In this document: positions 12,778-25,015 of the stretch, piece after piece
How the letters are laid out: every line of letters starts with the position of its first letter
How positions within the stretch are numbered: the first letter of the stretch is position 1
Origin: Hypanus sabinus
Taxonomy: Eukaryota
NCBI RefSeq assembly: GCF_030144855.1
Contig: NC_082710.1
Location: 153,202,001 to 153,266,000 of the forward strand
DNA: 64,000 nt
Reading direction: 5' to 3'
Made by a program: the position numbers and the translations under genes
Notes under the pieces: generated by a model
What the model saw: the letters and a program-made list of their open reading frames with translations, nothing else
The model's database searches: none
Told to the model about the DNA's origin: nothing

Positions 12778-13632
12778 TGTTATGTACCCGTGACACGTGA
12801 CAGTGGTGTACTTGTCACGTGACGGATGCTGAAACTATACTGGACTTGAGGTAATGGTCTTGTGATGGTGGAGTGATGTCATTTTCCCGCCAGTAGAGGT
12901 CATGCGACAGGTTTTTTTTACAGGGTATATAAAGAGGTCCCCTCCCTGTGAGGAGGGGCAGTTCGTGGCTGGATTTGCCATGTTGACTTCATGCCACTGC
13001 GTGATTTAATGTTATGACGCAGTTTAGTTGAAGGATGAAGTTTTATTTAATGCCTAAAGTTTAAAAGGTCATTGCCAGCAGTTTCTGTATAATACTGCTA
13101 GTTGAGAATCAGTGGACAGTGAAGATCGGAGTTCGGGAGTTAAAGATCGAGGAGAATCGATTTCGACGGTACAACAGGTTCGACCTTGTTTGATCCTCAT
13201 TCGGAAGGAATTCATTGACTGTGCCCATGTTAATCCCTGTGAATAATAGCAGAAAGGATTGGGAATAGTTTTGTAAAGGAAAGGTCAGTGCCTTTAAGCC
13301 ATTACATATCACCTTCGTAAAATTCTTCATGGGAAAAGTAGTTCGACTGGGAACTGCAATGACACGACGTGAAAGAGAATTTAAATTGTCTTAAAAAGTC
13401 TCTCCCTTTAATGGACTGTAAGCATTTTTAACTTTTGCAATACTACTTTGAAGAACTGTTTTTGCAACATCGCTTTAAGAACTGTTTAAGCTGCCGCACA
13501 GCAGCTGATTTCCAGTTACATTAGTGATTTGTTTACTTTTGGGGGGTTTGTTTTCAGTGTTTAATAAACGTGTTGTTTGTTATAAAAACCCCAGCCTAAC
13601 TCATATACTTATTGTTGCTTGAACCCATAACA
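12778..13632 (+). mobile_element. Solo LTR (855 bp) inserted in the Gypsy gag-protease junction
   Basis: TGTTATG...CATAACA termini; perfect 4 bp TSD GGTA; TATATAAA at 12926; AATAAA at 13563. Confidence 0.93.
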
Positions 13633-14442
13633 GGTACTTTAGTATTTCCCTTGATACACTGATGGGAATGTATCCTCTCTGAAATGTCAGCCAGTTCCTT
13701 TACTGGGTTGTTCCATAGTTTTACCTCTTTTCTTCTCTGTTTGATTAACTACTGATTTACTTTCTGAAGATCTTCCTCTCCTTCACACTCCTGCTTGAAT
13801 TCTGTCCACAATTGTATCAGAAAATACCGATCACTCTGGTCAGGGTCCCCGCTCAGTAGCAGCCCTTGCCTTGGTATGTCCCACCAGTGGGTCCTGTTTC
13901 CTATCAGCCTTGTCATTCTTGGTGGCAGCATCATACCGACTATCTTGCTGGCAAGCACGCAGTCTCTGGTGAATAAAATCGATAATCTCAGAGCTGGGGT
14001 GCTGAATCAGAGGGACATTAGGACCGCATGTGTCCTTTATTTCATGGAATCCTGGTTAACCCCTTCCATACTGGAAGCAGCGACTCAGATCGATGGGTTT
14101 AGTACACACCGTCAGGATAAATCTATAGAGTCTCTCAAAAGCAGAAGTTGAAGAGTATGCCTCATGATCAACTCTTCTTGGTGCACAAATATATCAGTGC
14201 TGTCCCAATTCAGCTCACCAGAATATCTAGCAGTTAAATGCTGTCCTTTTTACCCACCACGGGAGTTCTCTGGGGTAAATTTGGCAGCAGTTTACATTCC
14301 ACCTCAGGCCAATGTCAAGCAGGCTTTAGATGATCTGAGCAATGGGATCAATATGCACAAAACAGTGCAGCCTAACACCTTCAACATTGATTTGGGAGAT
14401 TTTAACCAGGCCAGTCTGAAAAGATCACTAAGCAATTACCAT

Positions 14443-14733
14443 TGTTACGAACCCCGTAACTGGGTGTCTTACCAGCAAAGATAGAAGTGTCCGTTGGAGT
14501 CCGTTATACTATTTTCAACAGTATTTATTAGTAAAAATACACAAAAATAATATCAATGCAAATATACAGATAATATACGTCCTCAATACTAAACCTAAAA
14601 GTGCGGGTACAATAATAATCAATAAGAAATAAGCTCTATCGTTGTCTAGGGGATAATGAATTGTCAGATGGAAATATAAAGTTCAGTTCAGTTCATGCAG
14701 GCTGCGGTAGTTGTTGGTCGCTGTGTTGCAATT

Positions 14734-14791
<58 letters not shown>

Positions 14792-15378
14792 AGTAACAGC
14801 TATTGACTTGCCAACTTTACGATTTTTGATCCGTCGATACGTTGTTGCTGTGACCATTCATGTATGACCCCTCCATCCTTTAGCTAGACTGTTCTTCCGT
14901 GGTGGACTCGTCACCCAGGCAAGGGTGGACAGACAGACAAGCCCCCACCGGTCTCGTAGCATCTCTCCTGGTGTGTCTGAAGGGGTGTTGCCCCAGACCC
15001 TACTTTTATCCTCACTCACGGGGTCTCAGGTGTCAATCAGGTTGGGATGATGCAACCCATCAAACCAGCCCACACTGGTTGCCCACTGAGGGGTATCAAT
15101 GAATAGAACAGTACTCAATAAACAACCCTTCTCCAAGAGACAATAGCAGTAAATCTCCCCTTTTGTCAATAGGAGACATTCCAACCTGAGCTGTGTCTCT
15201 TCTCTCATTAATTTTCATGGGCTGTTATCAATAACAACTGCCCTGGCAGCTGTCCTGTCTCTCTCTCACTTCCTTGATAACAGCATCGGAATAGTAGCGA
15301 TTTCCGATTCTCCAAAGGGGGGGGGCATTGGTGATTTTGTATCCTTCTGCCCATCAGAGTTGTTCATACTTCGTAACA
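14443..15378 (-). mobile_element. Solo LTR (936 bp) inserted in the Rex1 endonuclease region
   Basis: TGTTACGAA...TTCGTAACA termini; 4 bp TSD CCAT; the LINE reading NYH|QQIT resumes across it. Confidence 0.92.
14738..14789. repeat. (GA)26 microsatellite within the solo LTR
   Basis: Uninterrupted GA dinucleotide run. Confidence 0.97.
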
Positions 15379-18300
15379 CCATCAACAGATCACTTACAAT
15401 ACCAGTAGAAACAATACACTGGACCATGGCTACACGACCTTCAAGGATGCCTACCACACTACTCCATGCCCTCACTTTGGGAAGTCTGACCACCTGGCTG
15501 AATTTCTACTCCCTGACTAAAGGTAGGGACTGAAGACTGTAGCACCAGTAGTGAGGACCAAGAAGATATGGACAAGGGAAGCACAGAATCACCTACAGGA
15601 CTGCTTTGAGTTGGTGGACTGGACCATATTCATGGATTCACCTTTGAATCTGGACTTCATTAAAACCTGTGTCGATGAGTGTGTGCCTACAAAGACCTGC
15701 TGCACATTCCCAAATCAAAAGCCATGGATGAACCAGGAGGTACATCATCTGCTGAAGGCTAGATCTGTGGCATTCAAGTCTGGCAACCCAGGCCTGTACC
15801 AGAAAACCAGATTCGCAGAGGGTTATTTCAAAGGTGAAGAGACAGTTCTGAAATAGTATGAACTCAACGCCTTCTATGCCTGTTTTGAAAGGGAGAACAC
15901 AACTGCTGCACCTGATGACCCTGTGATCTCCGTCTCTGAGGCCGATGTAAGGCTGTCTTTAAAGAGATTGAACCCTCGCAAGGCGGAAGGTCCTAATGGA
16001 GTACCTGGTAAGGCTCCGAAAACCTGTGCCAACCAACTAGGGGGAATATTCAAGGACATTCTCAACCTCTCACTGCTACAGATGGAAGTTCCCACTTGCT
16101 TCAAAAAGGCAACAATTATACCAGTGCCTAAGAAGAATAAGGTGAGCTGCCTTAACGACTATTGCCCATTAGCACTCACATCGACAGTGATGAAATGCTT
16201 TGAGAGGTTGGTCATAACTAAGCTGAACGCCTGTCTCAGCAAGGACCTGGACCCATTGCAATTTGCCTATCATCACAATAGGTCAATGGAAAACACAATC
16301 TCCATGGCTCTCCACAAAGCTTTAAACCACCTGGACAACACTAACACCAACCTGAGGATGCTGTTCATCGAATATAACTCATCATTTAATACCATCATTC
16401 CCACAATCCTGATTGAGAAGTTGCAGAACCTGGGCCTCTGTTCCTCCCTCTGCAATTGGATCCTCGACCTCCTAACTGGAAGACCACAATCTGTGCGGGT
16501 TGGTGATAACATATCCTCGTTGCTGATGATCAACACTGGTGTGCTCAGGGGTGTGTGTTTAGCCCACTGCTCTACCCTCTATATACACATGACAGTGTGG
16601 GTAAGCATAGCTCAAATACCATCTATAAATTTGCTGATAAAACCATTGTTGGTAGAATCTCAGGTGGTGATGAGAGGGTGTATAGGAGTGAGATATGTGA
16701 ACTAATGGAATGGTATCACAGCAACAATCTGGCACTCTACGTCAGTAAGACAAAAGAACTGATTGTGGACTTCAAGAAGGGTAAGATGAAGGAACACATA
16801 CCAATCCTCATAGTGGGATCAGAACTGGAGAGTGTGAGCAGTTTCAAGTTCCTGGGTGTCAAGATCTCTGAGGATCTCACCTGGTCACAACATATCGATA
16901 TAGTTATAAAGAAGGCAAAACAGTGTCTGTACTTCATTAGGAGTTTGCAGAGATATGGCATGTCAACAGATACACTCAAAAATCTCTATAGTTTTACTAT
17001 GGAGAGCATTTTGACAGGCGGCATCACTGTTTGGTATTGGGGGGTGGGGGGAGGTGAGCTACTGCACAGGACCAAAAGAAGCTGCAGAACGTTGTAAATC
17101 TAGTCAGCTTCATCTTGAGTATTAGCCTACAAAGTACCCATCTTCAGAGAGCGGTGTTTCAGAAAGGCAGCATCTATTATTAAGGACCTCCAGCACCCAG
17201 GGCATGCCCTTTTCTCACTGTTACCATCAGGTTAGAGGTACAAAAGCCTAAAGACACACAGCCAGTGAATCAGGAACAGCTTCTTCCCCTCTGCCACCCA
17301 ATTCCTAAATGGACATTGAACTCTTGGACACTACCTCACTTTTTTAATATACAGTATTTATGTTTTTTTTGCACACTTTTAAAAAATCTATTCAATATAC
17401 ATATACTGTAATTGATTTACTTGTTTATTTTTTTTTATTTTTTTTTCTTCTAGATTATGTATTGCATTGAACTGCTGCTGCTAATTTAACAAATTTCACG
17501 TCACATGCCGGTGATAATAAACCTGATTCTGATTCTGGTCAGGGGTCGCTTTAGCAAAAGATGTTACTACCAAGGACAGTGCCCTTCTGCCGGAGGCCTC
17601 CCGCTCCTGCATTGTGTTTTCCTCCTAACTTCACTGCTTTTCTTGGTAAAAGATGGAGGAGGGTGCAGCTTGTGGGTCATTCGAGTAAGTAGAGCAATCA
17701 TGGGACAATGCGCCCTTCACAAGTTGCTGCATTCTCAAGCAATTCCTCTGAGACAGTTGAATGCCCCCTTTATGGCACAAACAGTGCAGTGGATTCTTCA
17801 ACTTGAAAATGAAGGCAGATAATTTCTTTCCTTCCTCCTGGAATATGTGTCTAAACTTCATCCTAAGATTGGCTGCACTTCCAGCAGTGCCAGAAGCATC
17901 TTCCAGAGCTTGCAGGTAACTAGCTGACATGGCTAATGGGTTTTCTGCCTTGGGTAATCTTACAATATCAGCCACGGCCCCTTAATTTCTCTATCAGTCT
18001 CAGTTTTTTCATATTATCTGAGCACTCCAGTAACTGAGATATCTGCTCAGCCCAAGCCTCACATTCTGCTTCCCCGTCGGGTGTAGGTTTGGCCACGGTG
18101 AACACTTCCAGCCTACAATAACCTTAGCTCTCCACAGATATACTTCTGTATTTCTCAACCGGTGATGCAATAGCCAAAACGAGCCCAGAATTTAAATCAA
18201 CAGCTGAAGTACTCATTAGGCCTATTACATCAGACATCCCCTTCCCCTCACCCCGCAGAAACAAGAACAACTTTTCTTTAAAGTCTTCACCATCAGCTAC

Positions 18301-19611
18301 AGGAAACTTGACTTTCAACTCAGCACCCTCGCCTACACTCCCCCTTTCTTTGAAAGTATGGATGGCCCATGGCCCTGCCTCTCCAGGTACTCCAGTGGTA
18401 CCAGGCAGATCCACTCCCATTATGTCAGATCTAGTCTGAACAAACTCCACATCATTCCCTTCTGTTTGGTCAAATTGCTGCTTCATGACCGTAGCTTTTC
18501 CTAATACTCCAACAGTACTTAAAACCCTATTCAACAGTTCATCTGTGCTGCAGATATCCAACCTGCTCAGAACACAAGCATTAGTTACAGGCAATGTCTT
18601 TGAATCACACCAACACTCATTCCCTGCAGCGTCCATGAGCATGTATCTTAATCACTTGCCTGGACATTAATTTCACACAGGCTTAAACACAAAACCCACT
18701 TAATCAATTCGTAGGGCAGTCACACAGCTTTCAATGAATTCAATCCAGGATGACGCTCCCACGATGAAACCCCTTTGTACTGGTCATCTCTGGAAATGCC
18801 ACTCGTTCTCCCCTTTCTAACAGCCACTGGACTCCATGGCGAGAACCCCACCTTTCTCAGGCTTCATATGTCTAGAGTGTATACAAATTTGGTCCCGCCA
18901 AATGCGTGAGGTTGGGATGTCTCGCCCTCCCAAACCAGGGTTTGTGTGAATGCTGTGTAATTTACTGCCTTGGCAAGAAATAACAGATCGTACACTGCAA
19001 GAAATTATAAAGAAGTACATTTAAGAATGTTAACTTAAGCAACCAGTTATTAAAAGAAAGAAAGAAGAAAACGAGAAAAAAGGCCTATTGTACTTAAACA
19101 GCCACATGTGCACGGTAGAGCTCACATTTTACAGAAGACACTGTTTTCAATGTACACACTGCAACTTCCGAATGTCCCTCAAAAATCATCTCAAACAAAT
19201 AGGCTCCTTCACTGGAGGACTGGTTCTTCCTCCTTGAAGCCATTCATCTGCACAAAGCACCTTGTGCAACTGAGATGGCATCCTCAGTAATCCTTCCTCC
19301 TGCCTTCTCCCAGTTCCTGCCAACAAAGACCAAGACCCACACCATTGTCCCTCAAAAACTCTCTGCCCAGGGTTCTCTAGAACCTTCTCTCAATTCCAAC
19401 ACCCTGACTGGCTGACACCACATTCTGTAGTTGAACAACAGAGCCCCATATCTCAGCTGAAACCCAAACAGGCTGAAAGTAGAACAGAGTGCTCTTACAG
19501 AACTGCTAAATGAAATACCTAGAGCATAGCAGTAAAAATATTAACCAGAGCATTACAGTGGAATGGGAATTGCAGGGAAAAATTAAAATGTTGGCCACCG
19601 GAAAATTAGAA

Positions 19612-20545
19612 CCATAGATCCATAGAACACATTAGCACAGAAATACAGGCCATTGGGCCCTTCTGGTCTGTGCCAAAACTTTATTCTGTTAGTCCCATTG
19701 ACCTGCACCCAGTCCATAGCCCTCCAGACCTCTCCCATCCATGTACCTATCCAATTTATTCTTAAAACTTAAGAGTGAGCCTGCATTTACCATGTCAGAT
19801 GGCAGCTCATTCCACACTCCCACCACTTTCTGAGTGAAGAAGTTCCCCCTAATGTTCCCCCTAAATCTTTCCCCTTTCACCCTAAAACATGTCCTCTCAT
19901 ATTTATCTCTCTTAATCTAAGTGGAAAGAGCCTACTCACATTTACTCTGTCTATACCCCTCATAATTTTGTAAACCTCTATCAAATCCCCCCTCATTCTT
20001 CTATGCTCCAAGGAATAAAGTCCTAACCTGTTCAATCTTTCCCTGTAACTCAACTCCTGAAGACCTGGCAACATCCTAGTAAATCTTCTCTGCACGCTTT
20101 CAATCTTACTGATATCCTTCCTATAGTTAAGTGACCAGAACTGCACACAATACTCCAAATTTGGCCTCACCAATATCTTATACAACCTCACCATAACATC
20201 CCAACTCCTATACTCAATACTTTGATTTATGAATGCCAAGATGCCAAAAAGCCTTCTTTACAACCATGTGCATCTGTGACGCCACTTTCAGGGTATTATT
20301 TATCTGAACTCCTAGATCCCTTTGTTCCTCTGCACTCCTCAGTGTCCTACCACTTAATGAGTATGTCCTACCTTGATTTGTCCTTCCAAAATGCAACACC
20401 TCACACTTTTCTGTATTAAATTCCATCTGCCATCTTCTGGCCCATTTTTCCAGTTGGCCCAGATCCCTCTGCAAGCTTTGAAAGCCTTCCTCGCTGTCTC
20501 CAATCTTAGTGTCATCAGCAAACTTGCTGATCCAATTTACCACAT
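19612..20545 (-). mobile_element. CR1 LINE, 5'-truncated
   Basis: SKFADDTKIG, WQMEFNTEKCEVLHFG, LVRPNLEYCVQFWS, RGDLIEVYKIMRG; (CTATGG)n-type tail near 19612-19625. Confidence 0.93.
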
Positions 20546-21529
20546 TCTGCTTTTGGTGGATAGAGTGGAGATGCGCGACAAAGCAGTCCCTCAGCTTATG
20601 TCAGATCACACCGATATAGAGGAGGCCACGTCGAGAGAACCTAATACAATGGAATACCCAAACAGATTCACAGGTAAAATGTTGCCTTACCTGGAAGGAC
20701 TGCTTGGATGGTCATGGGGAGGTAGAAGAGGACAAGTGAAAGTCTATCTCTGTTAAGGTGGTGGGAAGATGGGGTGAGTGTGGATGACCAAAAAGAGAGC
20801 AAAACATAGTGAGGTAATGTTCATGGGCTGATTCAAGGTCCATTCAGAAATATGATGGCAGAGGGGAACAAACTGTTCCTAAAATGTGTGTGCTTGTCTT
20901 AAACCTCCTCCATGATGGTAGCAATGAGAAGAGAGCATGTTCCTCTCCTGTCACGCATCCTCACCTGGATCCACCTATCGCTTGCCAGCTGTTGCTGCAC
21001 CACTTCTTCCCACCTCTTTAAACTGATTATCATCTCTGTATCTTTCAATAAAGATGAAGGATCTCTGCCCTAAATATTGACTGTTCGTTTTCCCCCACAA
21101 ATGCTGCCGGACTGCTAAGTTCCTCCAGCATTGTTTCTTTCTGCTTACCTCATCTCTTTGATTCTGTTCGTGCTGTTTCCTGTTCTCAGGTGAAATCCCA
21201 GCAATAGCTAGAATGTGGGTAAACCTGTTAGACTAGTGGGGAAGTACTTGAAAAGCAATTTTAATTTCAGGGGATAATGGCTAAAAACACACATACAGTG
21301 TTAACTAAGGAACTCAGTATGTCGGGCAGCATTTAGGGAAGGAAGTGGTATGTCAGGCAGCATTTATGGAAGGAAGTGGGCAGTCAAAATTTCTGGTCAA
21401 GACACTTTTCTTCCTCTTTCCTTCTCTATCTGCCTATATTCCTCCTTACTAGCACACACTATTGTCTGCCAGCTCTTGCTCCACCCTCTGCCACCAGCTA
21501 CAGAATTAGAACTGTTTAATGTCATTACC

Positions 21530-22565
21530 TTATATGTTGAGAAATGGGCTTTCCCTTCCTCCATCATTGATGCTAATCTCACCCACATCTCTAACATTTC
21601 CCAGGCATCAGCACTCCCCCCATCTCCTACTGCCAAAACACAGGTAGAGTTCCTCTTGTCCTCAATTACCACCCATGAGCCTTCATATTCGACACATCAT
21701 ATCTCTGCAACTTCTGCCATCTTCAATGTGACCCTGCTACCAAATACACTTTACCTTACCCCTCTCCACACTCTGGAGGGACTTCTCTCTCCATCTTCCT
21801 TTGTCCATTCATCCTTCCCCACTAATCTCCTTCTTGGCACTTATCCTGTAAGTGGCCGAAGTTTCTATTCTTGGCCACTCACCTCCTCCCTCAACTCCAT
21901 TCAGGGCCCCAGACAATCCTTCCAAGTGAGGCGACACTTCACTTGTGAATCTATTGGGGTGACATACTGTATCTGGTGTATGTAGTGTGGCACCCTCTAC
22001 ATTGGTGAGCCCCAATGCAGATTGTGTGTCCTCCTTATGAAGCAGGTCCATCAGCAAAACACAGAATTTCCAAGTAGCCAACAATTTCAATTCCTATCCC
22101 TATTCCTGTTCTAATGTTGGTCCACGGCCCCCTTTTCTGCCTCTTCATCAAGGTAGCCTCCAATCTGATAGCATAAACATCAACTTCTCCAACTGCCTAT
22201 AATTGTTTTCTCTCTCCGTTCCCTTTTCCTCATTTCCCCAATCTGGTCACTTTTTCTCCTCACCTGCCTATCATCCTCCTTTCCTTTCTCCCATGACCTA
22301 CTCTTTTCTATCAGATTCCTCCTTCCCAGCCCTTCACAGTTTCTGCTCATCACCCCCCCCCCAGCTTCTTACTGTACCCCTACCCCACCCACCTGGAATA
22401 CCACCTTCTAGCTGGTCCTCCTCCCCTTCCCCCCTCCTTCTTATTATGGTTTCGTCCTCCATCCTTTTCAGTCCTGATGAAGGCTTTTGGCCGAAACGTC
22501 GACTGCTTATTCATTTCCATACCTGCTGTCTGACCTTCTGAGTTCCTCCAGCAGTTTTTGTGAAA
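21530..22565 (+). mobile_element. Penelope-like element 3' part (RT C-terminus, GIY-YIG, tail with hammerhead)
   Basis: FQVRRHFTCESIGVTYCIW...LYIGE; tail ending ctgagttcctccagcag. Confidence 0.87.
22469..22505 (+). ncRNA. Minimal type I hammerhead ribozyme motif (intact core) in a PLE tail
   Basis: CAGUC-CUGAUGA-AGGCUUUUGGCC-GAA-ACGU-C-GACUG: helix I CAGUC/GACUG, core CUGANGA and GAAA, helix II GGC/GCC, loopless palindromic helix III ACGU, predicted cleavage after GUC (22500). There is one extra A before helix II. Confidence 0.8.
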
Positions 22566-22934
22566 TTTATTGTTTTGTGGCTAAGACCTAAAAATTGCTG
22601 AATGTTACAAAATATATAAATAGAGCAAATGAGGTAGTATCCATGGATTCATGTAATATTCATTAATCTTAATACAAAGGTGAAGAAGCTGTTCCTGCAT
22701 CACAGAGTGTGAGTCTTGGGCCTCCTGACATATTGGCATTGGAGCAGCCATTGCTGGAATGGACACTGTCAGAGAGTTAAAGAGCGAATGGGAATGAAAG
22801 TGCCAAAACAGATAGTGGAGAGGTTTAGGAGACAGATGTTGCTAAGACCTCAGACAAAGTCAGGAATCAAAAGATTGAACATGGTGCAACTAACGTCCTG
22901 AACTGCATATATTCAATGCAAGAAGTATATTCCT

Positions 22935-24265
22935 TGCAATCTGCAGCCTGGTCATGTGTGAGGCTGAAGTATGCAAGTGTTTCCAATGAGTGGACAGTCG
23001 CAAGGCTTTGGGACCAGATGGCATCACTGGTCAGGTACTCAGAGTTTGCTCGGCACAACTGGCAGGTGTGCTTACAGACATGTTTAATCTCTCCCTCTCC
23101 CAGTGTAGAGTGCTCTCCTGCTTCAAAACATCCGCCATTGTTCCTGTAACGAAAAAGACCAAGGTAACATGTCTGAATGACTGGCATCCTGTAATAATAA
23201 GCAAATGCTTTGATACACTTCAATAATAAGCAAATGCTTTGATAGGCTTCTCAAGGACTGCATCTGCAGTTTGCTACCACCCAAAATGGACTACCTACAG
23301 TTTGCCTACAGACACAACTGATTGACAGATGATGCAATAGCTACAGCTCTTCACACCATGCTTACAAACCTGGAAAAGAGGGATGCTTATGTGAGCATGC
23401 TGTTCCTGGACTACAGTTCAGCATTCAACATCATAATTCCCTCCAGGCTCAACAAGAAGCTCATAGACCTCGGCCTTCACCCTACTTTGTGTAGCTGGAT
23501 CCAGAATTTCCTGTTAGAGCATTGGTAGGTTGTAAGAGTGGGCTCCCTCACTTCTGCCCCTCTGCCCCTCAATGCAGATGCCCCTCAAGGCTGTGTCCCA
23601 AGACCCCTCCTTTACTCTCTATATACACATGACTGTGTCACTACCCACAGCTCCAATCTGCTGATTACATTTACTGACAACACTACACTGATTGGCCTAA
23701 TCTCAAATAGTATTGAGGCAGACTACAGATAGTAAATCATCATCCTGACACTGTGGTGTCAAGAAAACAACTTCTCCCTCAATGTCACGAAAACAAAGGA
23801 GCAGGTTGTGGATTACAGGAGGAATGGAGACAGGCTAACCCCTATTGACATCAGTGGATCTGGAGTTGAGAAGGTGAACAGCATCCACATCACCAAGGAT
23901 TTCATGTGGTCTGCACACACCACTATGTGGTGAAAAAGGCACAACAACGCCTCTTTCACCTCAGACGATTGAAGAAGTTTGGTATGGGTGCACAGATCCT
24001 AAGAACTTTCTACAGAGGCACAGTTGAGAGCTTCCTGACTGGCTGCATCACTGCCTGGTACGGGAACTGTACCTCCCTCAATCTCAGGACTCTGCAGAGA
24101 GTGATGCGGACAACCCAGCACATCTGTAGATGTGAACTTCCCACTATTCAGGACACTTACAAAGACAGGTGTGTAAAAAGGGCCCGAAGGATCATTGGAG
24201 ACATGAATCACCCCAACCACAATCTGTTCTAGCTGCTACCATCCGGGAAATGGTACCGCAGCATA
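22935..24265 (+). mobile_element. Rex1/Babar-clade LINE RT fragment
   Basis: KALGPDGITGQVLR...[62 protein letters not shown]; local ~30 bp duplication near 23192-23245. Confidence 0.9.
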
Positions 24266-25015
24266 ACAAGTACAAACGAGAAAATTGGCAAATGCTGGAA
24301 TTCCAAGCAACACACACCAAACGCTGGACGAACTCAACAGCCTTGACAGCATCTATGGAAAAAAGTACAGTCAACATTTTAAGCCTTTGGCAGGACTGGA
24401 GAAAAAAAAGATGAGGAATAGAATTAAAAGGTGGGGGAGGGGAGAGAGAAACACAAAGTGATAGATGAAATTGGGAGGGGGAGGGATGAAGTAAAGAGCT
24501 GGGATGTTGATTGGTGGAAGAGATACAGAGCTGGAGAAGGGGGAGTCCGATAGGAGAGAACAGAGGCCATGCAAGAAAGAAAAGGGGAGAGAAGCACCAG
24601 AGGGAGGTGATGGGCAGGGAAAGAGATAAGGTGAGAGAGGGAAAAGGGTATGGTGAATGGTGAAGAAGGGGGTCATTACCGGAAGTTCAGGAAATCGATG
24701 TTCATGCCATCAGGTTGAAGGCTACCCAGACAGAGTATAAGATTCTGATCCTGCAACCTGAGTGTGGCCTTTTCATGACAGTAGACGAGGCCATGGATGA
24801 GCGAATCAGAATGGGAAGTGGAATGAAAATGGGTGGACACTGGGAGATAGCGCTTCCTCTGGCAGACAGAGCACAGGTGCTACACGAAACAGTCTTCTAA
24901 CTTACGTTGGGTCTCACCAATATACAGGAGGCTGCAGCGGGAGAACTGGACACAGTATATGACCCCAACAGACTCATAAGCAAAATATCACCTCACCTGG
25001 AAGGACTGTTTGGGG

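Larger units (their letters stand above)
13846..17533 (+). mobile_element. Rex1/Babar-clade LINE (APE endonuclease and RT), degenerate
   Basis: QSLVNKIDNLR...ESWL, AVYIPPQAN, GKSDH (APE); IIPVPKKNKVSCLNDYCPLALTSTVMKCFERLV, LDPLQFAY (RT); (GATTCT)n tail; 11 bp TSD TCTGGTCAGGG (13835-13845 and 17534-17544). Confidence 0.92.
10981..19557 (-). mobile_element. Gypsy LTR retrotransposon with PNMA-like gag, internally deleted, carrying three nested insertions
   Basis: 5' LTR 18765-19557 and 3' LTR 10981-11756; degenerate tRNA-Pro-like PBS 18742-18761; gag at 17534-18642 and 13637-13834; protease ILDTGSQVTL near 12650-12700; RT start joined to the pol C-terminal RRSQRVRKPPDRL near 12085; TSD GAGG/GTGG (3 of 4). 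Confidence 0.88.
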
